A stretch of 64,000 bases of DNA from a virus. Its lineage: Duplodnaviria; Caudoviricetes. The position numbers were made by a program, and so were the translations under genes. Each line of letters starts with the position of its first letter. The first letter of the stretch is position 1. Below the pieces are notes generated by a model. That model saw only the letters and a program-made list of their open reading frames with translations, was not told where the DNA came from and searched no databases. This document shows, piece after piece, positions 9,060 through 18,010 of the stretch. The stretch is taken from the IMG/VR virus record IMGVR_UViG_3300028833_000066. One strand, written 5' to 3'.

Positions 9060-9776
9060 TCAAAGAGCCCACCGCTGTTCGATGTCATCGGGTTCAAGTT
9101 CTGCTTCGCGTTCCATTGCCTTGTGCATCCGCACGCACGCCGCGAAAATTTGTGCTTCAATCTGTACATCTTCAAGACCAGTGTGTGATTCAGTGAAGTT
9201 ATTGTCGCCAGTGAGGAATCGCCACAGAATTTCGGCGGTCTTGCGAACCTGCGGGACCTTATGCTTGGTCATATAACCATTTTCCTTGCAGAAAGCCACA
9301 TAATCAGCACGCTTGCAAATGGTATCCGTGGCCATCTTCATAGTGTCCCACACAGGCAAACCATAGGGGAAGAAGTACCGCCGCTTGCTCTTGGTCTGAT
9401 ACCGCATAGTGGTGTTCATTGTCCGCACATCAAACCGTGCATTGTGGGCAAGGATAGCCTTAACTTTGTAGTCTTCACAATCTTGCCGAAGCTGACGCCA
9501 AATGCCCCAAGTGTTGCGGACAATACGCTTGCCCTCGCGGATGTCCTGCTTGTACTGCGGGATTTTATCAGCAAAGAATGCTTCATTCATAGCCTGCGGC
9601 ATTTCGTAGAACACATCGCTATTCACGAACGAACGTTCGCAATATACCTTTCCTTCATTATCTACGATAGCCCAACCGCTATCATACACTTGACCGCTCG
9701 TGAGGTCAAGCTGACCCTTCTCATCCTTGGGAGTGTTGCAAGTCTCGCCATCAAACACAAGATACAGTTCCTTCAT
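9060..9776 (-). CDS. DEDDh 3'-5' exonuclease (paralogue of 11451)
   Basis: FDGET, AHNARFD and HTGLED motifs. Confidence 0.9.
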   Translation of the reverse strand: MKELYLVFDGETCNTPKDEKGQLDLTSGQVYDSGWAIVDNEGKVYCERSFVNSDVFYEMPQAMNEAFFADKIPQYKQDIREGKRIVRNTWGIWRQLRQDCEDYKVKAILAHNARFDVRTMNTTMRYQTKSKRRYFFPYGLPVWDTMKMATDTICKRADYVAFCKENGYMTKHKVPQVRKTAEILWRFLTGDNNFTESHTGLEDVQIEAQIFAACVRMHKAMEREAELEPDDIEQRWAL

Positions 9777-9887
9777 TTCGTCTTACCCCTTTCATTCGGT
9801 ACAGTCTTATTATACATTAGGGGAGGGGCTTTGTCAAGAGTTTTTTCAAACTTTTTTCAAATTTTCGGCCGGCGAAAAATGCGAAAA

Positions 9888-10412
9888 TTACATTTCCGCA
9901 TCCCACCCGTAGTCAATCACTACGGGCTTGCCCTTGTAATAGCCCACATTGAACTCGTGGAGGTCGCAAATGTTCTCCGTGAGCCAGTCATATTCTTCAT
10001 CGGTCACATAATCGCCCCAATACCGCCATTCGTCACCAACGCCATTGATACGCGGCATAATGGACACGATGCGGCCACCGATCGCCATCACGGTAGTTTT
10101 GGCGAGCAGATAGGCATAACCCGCATCAACCGCACGGGCATAGACTTCCTGCTCGGTAGAGTTATCACCCGCACGGCAACCACCGAAATCATCAAGCCAA
10201 TCTTCCGCGGGAGTAAGGTCAAACTTGATGACATAATCTGCACGCATAATGGCAATACGGGACACGCCGTGAGCATAGTTAAGCGGACGACTATGGGTAG
10301 AATTGTAATCTTTAATAGCTTCTTCAAAATCAGCAAGGGTAGAGCATGCAGAGAACAGGCGGACGAGCAGAGCGGCGAATTTAGCGGCACGAACTTCGTA
10401 AGTGTTCTTCAT
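9888..10412 (-). CDS. Minimal protein-kinase-like protein
   Basis: GVSRIA (Gly loop), VIKFD (Lys), EQEVY (helix C Glu), DLHEFNVG (catalytic loop), VIDYG (DFG-like). Confidence 0.75.
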   Translation of the reverse strand: MKNTYEVRAAKFAALLVRLFSACSTLADFEEAIKDYNSTHSRPLNYAHGVSRIAIMRADYVIKFDLTPAEDWLDDFGGCRAGDNSTEQEVYARAVDAGYAYLLAKTTVMAIGGRIVSIMPRINGVGDEWRYWGDYVTDEEYDWLTENICDLHEFNVGYYKGKPVVIDYGWDAEM

Positions 10413-10608
10413 CTTGATGTCCCCTTTCATTCGGTACATCTTGATTATACAATAACGGGGTACAAATGTCAAGGGGTTTTTGAAAAAAAGAGCAAGAAAT
10501 TTTCGTGCCGGCACGATTTTAAAATGCCGGCAGGTTAGTCATAACTAACTAACTATTATGAAAACAAAATAAAATGCCACCCGATAGGGGTGGCATTTCA
10601 GGTGAGCC

Positions 10609-10947
10609 TTACACCTTGAGGGTGTAGGTGTTCACCTTGCCAGTGGTCTTAATCACGCGGTCAGCCCACTGGTGACCGAGGGCATAGGTCAGCTTGCCCT
10701 TGGTGAAGTCAGAACCGACCTTGCCATCAAGGCTGTCAAAGATTTCGGCAACGGTGGCGCCTTCGGTCGCAGTAGCGAGAACCTCACGAACCGCGTTCCA
10801 GTTGTCCGCGTAAACCTGAGCCTTCGCGGCCTTTGCGGCATCACCGCGATGGAGTTCGGCGTTAACCTCAGCGAGAATGGCATCCTTGTTTTCGAAGTCA
10901 ACAGTGGACAGGACAGAAGCGATGGTGGACAGAGTGATGTTCTTCAT
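10609..10947 (-). CDS. Winged-helix-like protein, family A (copy 3)
   Basis: ATVAEIFD...FTKGKLTYALGHQW...GKVNTY. Confidence 0.8.
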   Translation of the reverse strand: MKNITLSTIASVLSTVDFENKDAILAEVNAELHRGDAAKAAKAQVYADNWNAVREVLATATEGATVAEIFDSLDGKVGSDFTKGKLTYALGHQWADRVIKTTGKVNTYTLKV

Positions 10948-11206
10948 ATAGAACCTTCCTTTCTCGTTTGTTTACGCGGTGTCGTTCCGCAATCTTTTTT
11001 TTGTGTTCCTCTTGGAACATCTTTATTGTATCACACCTTGCGGTGTTTGTCAAGAGGTTTTTCAAACTTTTTTTGGGGTGGGCATCCTGCCCTCGGCTTG
11101 CTTTCCCCTCCTGACATATTCTATTATACTCAGATTTTAAATTGTGTCAAGCATTTAAGAGCAAAAAGATTGACAACTTTTTAACAAGCCGCCGGCATAA
11201 TTGGCG

Positions 11207-11359
11207 TCAGTCATCATACTGACGCCCTTTGTGCTTTGGGGGCTTCCGCCGTTTATCGGGGATAATTTTAGTCACAGGGGAAATGGAACCCCAGTCACCG
11301 CGGATAGAGCGGACAATTTCAAATTGGGATTTAACCTGAGCCTTACGCTTCATTTTCAT
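11207..11359 (-). CDS. Small basic protein (MKMKRKAQ...KPPKHK)
   Basis: AAGGAGG RBS, promoter at about 11406. Confidence 0.65.
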   Translation of the reverse strand: MKMKRKAQVKSQFEIVRSIRGDWGSISPVTKIIPDKRRKPPKHKGRQYDD

Positions 11360-11450
11360 TGCCTCCTTCTTGGTACATTTTGATTATATCATAGTCAAAG
11401 CATTTTGTCAAGAGGAAATTTTCGGCTGGCCAAAAAGGATGCGTAATTTT

Positions 11451-12104
11451 TTACGCATCCCAGTTGAGACAAGTGGCATAAATGCGGGCTTCAATTTCAG
11501 TATCGCCAACGCCAGTATGCTCCTCCTCAAAATCAGTATTTTGAGTAAGGAATCTCCAAATTGCTTCCGCTGTTGCTCGCGGTCTCGGGATGGCGTGGTT
11601 GGTCATCAAACCATTTTCTTTACAAAAGGTTATATATTCATCAGTTTTACAAATGGTATTTCGTGCCAGTTTCATGGTATCAATTACAGGCATATTGTAC
11701 GGGATGAAATAACGTTTTTTGCTTTTAGTTTGATAACGCATAGTAGCATTGAGTACTCGAATATCGAAAGACGCATTGTGAGCGATGATAGCTTCAACAT
11801 GCCACTTGTCGCACAAGTCTCGGAAAATCTTATACATTCCCCAACTATCCGTGACTGTATATTTTTTGTCCCAAATGTCCCGCCAATACTGCGGAATCTT
11901 ATCCGCAAAATAAGCATCTTTCATCGTCTCGGGCATAGAGATGAAAACATCACGATTGATCACGGGCACAACTTCAAGGGTCTTGCCCTCGTCATTAATG
12001 ACGCGGAAGCAAGCGTCATAAACCTGCCCATCATCTGAAAATAGTTTACCATTAATTTTATAAGTGTTTGCGGTTTCAGTGTCCACGACCATTTTATTGC
12101 CCAT
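11451..12104 (-). CDS. DEDDh 3'-5' exonuclease
   Basis: VDTET, AHNASFD and HTGVGD motifs; shares MRYQTKSK.RYF with 9060. Confidence 0.9.
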   Translation of the reverse strand: MGNKMVVDTETANTYKINGKLFSDDGQVYDACFRVINDEGKTLEVVPVINRDVFISMPETMKDAYFADKIPQYWRDIWDKKYTVTDSWGMYKIFRDLCDKWHVEAIIAHNASFDIRVLNATMRYQTKSKKRYFIPYNMPVIDTMKLARNTICKTDEYITFCKENGLMTNHAIPRPRATAEAIWRFLTQNTDFEEEHTGVGDTEIEARIYATCLNWDA

Positions 12105-12244
12105 TTTAGAAAGCCTTTCTGGTTTGGGAGGTGTCCTTCCTCTTTTCAATGATGATTGTATCATATTTGTGCGAGTTTGTCAAGCCTAACTTTTTGGCCG
12201 GCGAGGTTAGTTATGACTAACTATTATATATAAAAAAATGGGGA

Positions 12245-12619
12245 TTACTCCCCATCCTTTTCGGCCTTCTTCGCGGCCTTTTCGGCACGCCGCTTGGCGT
12301 CAGCCGCGATCTTCGCGGCTTTCTTTTCCTCGGCGACCTTGTGCTTCTCGGCCTTTTCGGCACATTCGCGAGCGTAGCCATCCGCGGCGGCGTAGCCATC
12401 GTAGGCATTGTAGCCACCTTTACCGTTTCGAGTACCGCGAGGAGTAGAAACTTTTACCACAATCCACGCATCATCGCCCTCAGCGTCAACGCAAGGCAGG
12501 GCAATTTCATTGGAACTCACGCGGAGGACTTCTTCATCAGACAGAAGCCCGATGAACTTGTCAAGGAAGGAAGCACGGAGAGCGGATTCGATAGCAGTCT
12601 TAGTCATAGCCATAAGCAT
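12245..12619 (-). CDS. Family B protein with K/A-rich tail
   Basis: Similar to 5739; GAAAGGA RBS. Confidence 0.75.
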   Translation of the reverse strand: MLMAMTKTAIESALRASFLDKFIGLLSDEEVLRVSSNEIALPCVDAEGDDAWIVVKVSTPRGTRNGKGGYNAYDGYAAADGYARECAEKAEKHKVAEEKKAAKIAADAKRRAEKAAKKAEKDGE

Positions 12620-12781
12620 TTCCTTTCTGGTTTTTAAGAGTTTCCTTCTCTTATGTCTTGATTATACTACAGAGTGGAGGTTTTGTCAAGAGGAATTTTT
12701 TATCATCGTGAGGAGGTGTCCCTCATCCTCTTGACAATTATTATTATACTCAAAATTTGATTTTTGTCAAGTATTTTTTTC

Positions 12782-12818
12782 TATGAATATTTATAAATTT
12801 TTTGTATAATTATGCACT
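12782..12818. promoter_or_regulatory. Tandem ARG-box-like site
   Basis: TGAATATTTATAAA and TGTATAATTATGCA match TGNAT-W4-ATNCA with 1 and 0 mismatches. Confidence 0.5.
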
Positions 12819-12894
12819 GCCGGCACGAAAGTTAGTAATGACTAAATAACTATTGTATGCGTCAAAAGAAAAAAGACCCCGAAGGGTCTTTTAC

Positions 12895-13227
12895 TCACCG
12901 CAGGCGATACACATTACCGCCCTTGGTCTGCTCAACGCTCACAGCATCGTTCCAGTAGTGCAGGAGAGCATACTGTACCTTACCCTTGGTCATGCCATTG
13001 GGCAGAGTATCGCCACAGCTCTCCATCAGCTCCGACAGCGTAGCTCCATCAGTAGCCAGCTTCAGCTGTCCAAGCACCAGCTCGCGGGCCGATTCATACA
13101 GCTCCCGATTCGCAGCAGCCTTCTCGGCATTGCGATTCAGCTCCCGCATCAGCTCCGCACGGGCATCCGCCATCTCAGGCACGTTCTCAAGGAAGGAAAC
13201 AAGGGACTGCATAGTGGTCTTCTTCAT
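12895..13227 (-). CDS. Winged-helix-like protein, family A (copy 4)
   Basis: ATLSELME...MTKGKVQYALLHYW...NVYR. Confidence 0.8.
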   Translation of the reverse strand: MKKTTMQSLVSFLENVPEMADARAELMRELNRNAEKAAANRELYESARELVLGQLKLATDGATLSELMESCGDTLPNGMTKGKVQYALLHYWNDAVSVEQTKGGNVYRLR

Positions 13228-13620
13228 AGTGATATCCTTTCTGGTTTTTAGGACTTTTCCTTGTCCTCTTTACATCTTGATTATACCACAGTTTTGAGGT
13301 CTTGTCAAGTGTTTTTTGAAACTTTTTTTTCGTTTGCGGCAAGATTTCCGTGGCCTTTGGAATCTTGGGAGAGCAGTCCATCTTGCCGCATTCTTTCGGG
13401 TGGTGCCCCTCTGTCCTCCCGACACTTTATATTATACTCGGATTTAGGTTTCTGTCAAGTGTTTTTCGCAAAAAGTTTTGTAAAGTTTTTAACAATGTTG
13501 TTAGTTAGTTATAGCTAACTCGGCCGCCGGCAAAAGAGTTAGTTTCAGCTAACTCTCGTAATTATGCCGGCAGAAAAGTTAGTCGCAGCTAACTTTGCCG
13601 ATAAAAAAACTGACAGCGGC

Positions 13621-14070
13621 TTACGCCACCGCCAGCCCCGCCAGCGTCTTTTCGTTGGTCAGTTCAGCTCCGTCAAACTTGATTTGGAGCTCCCGCCCGT
13701 TCAGGCTCAGGTCTCCGGCCACCCAGAAGGGAACGCTATCCTTGACCCAGTGCTGACCAGCCAGCTCGGTGATGATCCGCTCAAAGTTCTCGCCCTTGTT
13801 GTGGTGGGTGTCAGCTTCCAGATCCTCGGCCTTGCCGATGATCTTGGCCAGCCCCTTGGCAATCAGGGCCAGCTTGTCAGCTTTCGCGACGCGGATGCGA
13901 ATCTTGGCCATGCCGCCCCGCTTGCTGGAAGCGTGGTCCAGCTTCAGCACGGCGTCAGGCAGCTCGGGCAGCTCGGCGGCGAACAGTTCGCCGTGGTGGA
14001 CAAAGCCGAGGACATAAGCATCAGCGGCAGAATGGGCTTCGTAGGTGTTCAGCATCTCTTCGCGGGTCAT
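13621..14070 (-). CDS. PD-(D/E)xK nuclease-like protein (paralogue of 18257)
   Basis: NKGENFE...PFWVAGD...QIKF pattern. Confidence 0.6.
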   Translation of the reverse strand: MTREEMLNTYEAHSAADAYVLGFVHHGELFAAELPELPDAVLKLDHASSKRGGMAKIRIRVAKADKLALIAKGLAKIIGKAEDLEADTHHNKGENFERIITELAGQHWVKDSVPFWVAGDLSLNGRELQIKFDGAELTNEKTLAGLAVA

Positions 14071-14154
14071 CGTGGTGGCCTCCCTTGCTTTCATCTTACA
14101 AGTAGATTATACAGTGCCGGACCGATTTTGTCAAGAGGTTTTTTGAAAAAAGTT

Positions 14155-14400
14155 ATTACATTTCTGTTAAGATTTTATAGACTTTTCGTAATACTTTTGT
14201 AATAGTTTCGTGCTTTAACGTGTTAAAGCGGAGATACCTCGGCAGGTGAGGTATCCCACGGTGGAGGTACTTCGGCAGGTGAGGTATTGCCGGCAAAGTA
14301 GTTAGTGACAACTAATCTGGTTAGTCATAACTAACTCTTATAATACTTATTTAGTCATAACTAACTCCGCGAAAATAGTTAGTTAGTTATAACTAACTTA
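14155..14400. promoter_or_regulatory. Operator cluster at the divergence point of the early block
   Basis: TGTAAT-type 11-bp repeats, CTTTAA-N4-TTAAAG (14211), two TACCTC-GGCAGGT-GAGGTA-type units, GCCGGC, and four AGTTAG-N6-CTAACT. Confidence 0.75.
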
Positions 14401-14595
14401 AAAAATCGCACCCTCGCCGTGGGTCCGACCGGTTCTCCGCTCCTCTGGTTATAGTATAGCACACTATGGAAAAATGTCAAGAGGTTTTCAAAAATTTTTT
14501 GAAAAAATTTTGCCGGCAAGATTTTGAAAAAAGTGCTTGACAAGTCCGGACAAGTATGTTATAATCAAGATGTAAAGAGAAGCAAGGAGGAAGAA

Positions 14596-14760
14596 ATGAT
14601 GAAGAGTTTCGAGGTTGAAATTAGCTGGGTAGAGGCTCATGGTTTCCGTTATGTGGTGAAGGATGGCAAGCTGTATTGGCAGACCGCGATTCAGACCGCG
14701 GAGATGGACGAGGATGGTCATATTGTATGGCATGAAAAAGAATATTTTAATCTTCTGTAA
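14596..14760 (+). CDS. Small hypothetical protein
   Basis: Promoter at 14537, AAGGAGG RBS. Confidence 0.7.
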   Translation: MMKSFEVEISWVEAHGFRYVVKDGKLYWQTAIQTAEMDEDGHIVWHEKEYFNLL

Positions 14761-14832
14761 AACCTCTTGACAAAACATTGACCGTCTGTTATAATCAAGA
14801 TGTACCAAAGAGATAGAAAGGAAGTAGGAACA

Positions 14833-15048
14833 ATGTACAAAACTACTTGGATTATCAGTGATGAAAGTGACGAGGGTATCTATCAGACAGAATTGACCTT
14901 GTATCATTTCGGAAAAACTCCCAAATTTCCCAGTTGGTACATGGAAGAAAATCACTCTTACGTGATTGAAATGGTTTGGAATTTCAAATTGATTGTTCGT
15001 CCTTCAATCTTCTTTAAGTGCCTGACCCATCAATACATTATCAAGTAA
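14833..15048 (+). CDS. Hypothetical protein
   Basis: Promoter at 14767, RBS. Confidence 0.65.
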   Translation: MYKTTWIISDESDEGIYQTELTLYHFGKTPKFPSWYMEENHSYVIEMVWNFKLIVRPSIFFKCLTHQYIIK

Positions 15049-15124
15049 AAAAGTACTTGACAAATCCGGCAACCTGTGCTATACTTAGATCGTACCAAGG
15101 GAAGAACAAAAGGAGGATCACAAA

Positions 15125-15433
15125 ATGATCACCATGCGTCATCTGCTGACCCTGAAAGAAAACGACGGCATGACCCTGAAAAACGGCGAGATGATCACTT
15201 ATAAAAGCGGCTGGCAAGTAGCCACCGAAGGCGTGGAATGTGTAAGTCCGAAGGATGCCATGCGTGCGATTAAGCAGTATAACGGCACTTGCGGCGTGTG
15301 GTACGCTGGCGGTATCTACTACATTGACAAAAGCCACCGCGTGAGCACGAAACGTGAGGCCATGGAGATCGGCCGCAAGTGCAAGCAGATTTCCGTCCTG
15401 CGCTGGCATGATATGGGACTTGTCTACTGCTGA
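15125..15433 (+). CDS. Hypothetical protein
   Basis: Promoter at 15057, AAGGAGG RBS. Confidence 0.8.
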   Translation: MITMRHLLTLKENDGMTLKNGEMITYKSGWQVATEGVECVSPKDAMRAIKQYNGTCGVWYAGGIYYIDKSHRVSTKREAMEIGRKCKQISVLRWHDMGLVYC

Positions 15434-15551
15434 GCAGTAGGCCGGAAAAATTTCTTTGAAAAAGTTTTGAAAAAGTGCTTGACAAATAATCGGGAATATG
15501 TTAATATATAGTCACCGGGAGGGACCCCGGAAGATAAAGGAGGAAACGAAA

Positions 15552-15719
15552 ATGACTCACATCAACAACCTGCCCCACACCTTCCGCGCTTGGATTGTCG
15601 CCCGTGAGGTTGATGGCGAGCTGTGGTTCTGGGGGTCTTGGGACTCCCGCGAGGCCGCGCAGGCCGCGGCGTGGGATATCGGCGGCGTGGTCGTGTCCCG
15701 CGACTGGGTGGAGGCCTGA
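15552..15719 (+). CDS. Family C small protein (paralogue of 16095)
   Basis: WIVAREVDGELWFWGSWD. Confidence 0.75.
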   Translation: MTHINNLPHTFRAWIVAREVDGELWFWGSWDSREAAQAAAWDIGGVVVSRDWVEA

Positions 15720-15914
15720 GCCTCCACCCCGGCACCGGATCCACCGGCGCCGTTTTTTATGCCGGCACAAAAGTTAGTTATGACTAACTGATTCGGATCG
15801 GCGGTTAGTTATAACTAACCGGAGTATGTTGCCCTGGCGCTCGGCTGAAAAAAGTTTTTAAAAAACTTTCAAAAACCTCTTGACAAACCCGCGAAAGTGT
15901 GGTAAGATTAAGAT

Positions 15915-16022
15915 GTACCAAGGGAAGAGAGAAGAAGAAAACAACCTCTCCCAAGCGCATAACTTGGTGAAGTAAAATCAAAACTCTCTACCAAACAGAC
16001 GAAACTTTCTTCCCTTGGTACA
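15915..16022 (+). ncRNA. Closed-stem small RNA candidate
   Basis: After promoter 15880; 5' TGTACCAAGGGAAGA pairs with 3' TCTTCCCTTGGTACA; no credible ORF. Confidence 0.55.
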
Positions 16023-16094
16023 CAAAAACCTCTTGACAAACCGGCCGCAATGCGCTATAATAAGACTGTAAAGAGAAGCAAGGAGGAAACACAA

Positions 16095-16271
16095 ATGCTG
16101 AACACCGAAGAAATCCGCAACGTCCCGACCTACGCCTACGGCCATCCCTATTGGGTGGTGCGCGAGGCGGACGGCGAGTACTGGTTCTATGGCGCGTATG
16201 ACACGCTCGCCCGCGCTCGCGAGGTGGCCGCGATGGTGGACGGCCTCCCCGTGGAGAACCCCGCGGCCTGA
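16095..16271 (+). CDS. Family C small protein
   Basis: YWVVREADGEYWFYGAYD. Confidence 0.75.
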   Translation: MLNTEEIRNVPTYAYGHPYWVVREADGEYWFYGAYDTLARAREVAAMVDGLPVENPAA

Positions 16272-16529
16272 CCCGCCGCGGGTCTTTTTTTGCCCGGATC
16301 GCCGGCATGAAAAAAGTTTGGAAAAATTGCAAAAAGGGCTTGACAGACTTGACATATCATGCTATAATAAGGATGGTGGAGGAGGGCCCAACTATATAAG
16401 TTAGTCATAACTAACTAAATTGCCGGCGAAAAAGTTTGCGGAAAATGAAAAAACCTCTTGACAATTCCGGCAAGATATGCTAATATATAGTCACAGGGAG
16501 GAACCCTGGAAGATAAGGAGGAACGCAAG

Positions 16530-16691
16530 ATGCTGACTGAAAATTCTGGAAAGTACGAAATCCTTGGTTATCTCGTGGAAAATGGCTTTGACCTCGGTGA
16601 CATGACAATGGATGAATGGGCTACGGCCTACACCATGGAGGAACTGTGGGGCATCGTCCAGTATATGCTCGGGCAGGTGGAGGACTGGTAA
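16530..16691 (+). CDS. Small acidic protein (MLTENSGKYEILG...)
   Basis: Promoter at 16458, AAGGAGG RBS. Confidence 0.7.
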   Translation: MLTENSGKYEILGYLVENGFDLGDMTMDEWATAYTMEELWGIVQYMLGQVEDW

Positions 16692-16773
16692 GTCCTTCGC
16701 AATCTCGAAAAAAAGTACTTGACAAAATACACCTTATCCTGTATAATTAAGATGTAGAAAGGAAGTGCTCACA

Positions 16774-17202
16774 ATGACGATCTGGTTCGACATGGATGGC
16801 ACAATCGCTGACCTGTATGGTGTGAACAACTGGCTTGACTATCTGCTTGCCCACGATGCTACACCTTACAAGGTTGCAAAGCCTCTTGTCAATATGAACG
16901 TGCTTGCTCGCAAGCTGAACGCTTTACGTAAGCAAGGTTACAAGGTTGGTATCATCTCTTGGCTGAGCAAAAACAGCACTGCCGAATATGACAACGCCGT
17001 GACCTTGGCAAAGCGTGCTTGGCTGGCTGAGCACTTGGCAAGCGTGGCCTTTGATGAGATCCGCATCGTCTCCTATGGTGTGAATAAATGGCAAGCCTGC
17101 GGTGAAGGAATCTTATTCGACGATGAAGAGAAAAACCGCAAGGATTGGAAAAACGACGCCTTTGAACCTTGCCACATTATGGAAGTCTTGAAGAGCCTGT
17201 GA
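16774..17202 (+). CDS. HAD-family phosphatase (nucleotidase-like)
   Basis: FDMDGTIAD and ILFDD; paralogue of 8335. Confidence 0.85.
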   Translation: MTIWFDMDGTIADLYGVNNWLDYLLAHDATPYKVAKPLVNMNVLARKLNALRKQGYKVGIISWLSKNSTAEYDNAVTLAKRAWLAEHLASVAFDEIRIVSYGVNKWQACGEGILFDDEEKNRKDWKNDAFEPCHIMEVLKSL

Positions 17203-17282
17203 CAAGGTTCTTTTTTTATAATAGTACGGTTAGTCATAACTAACTCGCTTGCCGGCATTAAAAAAGAGTAACCACTACATGG

Positions 17283-17432
17283 TTACTCTTTTGCCTTGTC
17301 ATTGGCAAGGGCAAGGGCAAACGCCTGCATGATGAAGCCGATCACAACACCTATAAGCCACCAATCACACCGAGACAGATAGCACATAAGCCCGCAAATA
17401 GTGCTGAGGAAGACGCCGAGATAGCCCATCAT
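17283..17432 (-). CDS. Small two-TM membrane protein, the only inverted cassette in the right arm
   Basis: MMGYLGVFLSTICG...; own TTGACT/TATAAT promoter (about 17465-17492) and terminator. Confidence 0.65.
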   Translation of the reverse strand: MMGYLGVFLSTICGLMCYLSRCDWWLIGVVIGFIMQAFALALANDKAKE

Positions 17433-17791
17433 TTTAGCCCCTTCTTTCCTTTGGTTTCACCTATATTATATCAGAAATTTTGTAAAAGTCAAGTAATAAT
17501 TTTGTAATAGGTGGAGGATTCTGCTCCGAAAAGTCTACCGGCAAATAATAAGAAAAAAGGGCTTGACAAAATCGCCGGCATAATGTATAATAAAGATGCA
17601 CCGGAACGGAGAGACAGGGGAGAGTGAAGACATGAGTTAGTTATAACTAATTACCTTTTCGGCACTGGTGGAGGCTCAAAAAAAATTTTTGAAAAATGAA
17701 AAAGTGCTTGACAAGTCCGGCATTGTGTGCTATACTTTAATCACGGTGGAGGGAGACCGAAGCCGAATAGAAAGAAAAGGGGACTTCAAAA

Positions 17792-18010
17792 ATGACTATC
17801 CGCGAATACTTCGACACTATCTATGCCACCGAGGATTTTGAGGACGCCGCCGACTATGAGCGGACTATCTACCACTGCATGGAAGAGGACTTCGACGACT
17901 TCACTATGTGGGCAGTGGAAAACGGCATTGACCTGACCGCCACCACTGAAATCATGGGCGAAACCGTGCCCGTGTTGCTCGCGTGGGCGTGGGATATGTG
18001 CGAAGAGTGA
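17792..18010 (+). CDS. Very acidic small protein (DNA-mimic candidate)
   Basis: D/E- and aromatic-rich; promoter at 17708. Confidence 0.75.
   Translation: MTIREYFDTIYATEDFEDAADYERTIYHCMEEDFDDFTMWAVENGIDLTATTEIMGETVPVLLAWAWDMCEE

Noticed and set aside
9261-10538. 425-aa + strand ORF and the other + strand ORFs in 1-14 kb
   Set aside because: They are antisense shadows of minus-strand genes that have promoters, RBSs and recognisable motifs.
14300-14400. CRISPR array
   Set aside because: The repeats are 18 bp with variable centres and irregular short gaps; no cas genes.
867-17579. GCCGGC as Bacillus RacA ram sites (TGACGCCGGCGTCA)
   Set aside because: Only the 6-bp core matches; the flanks are A/T runs.
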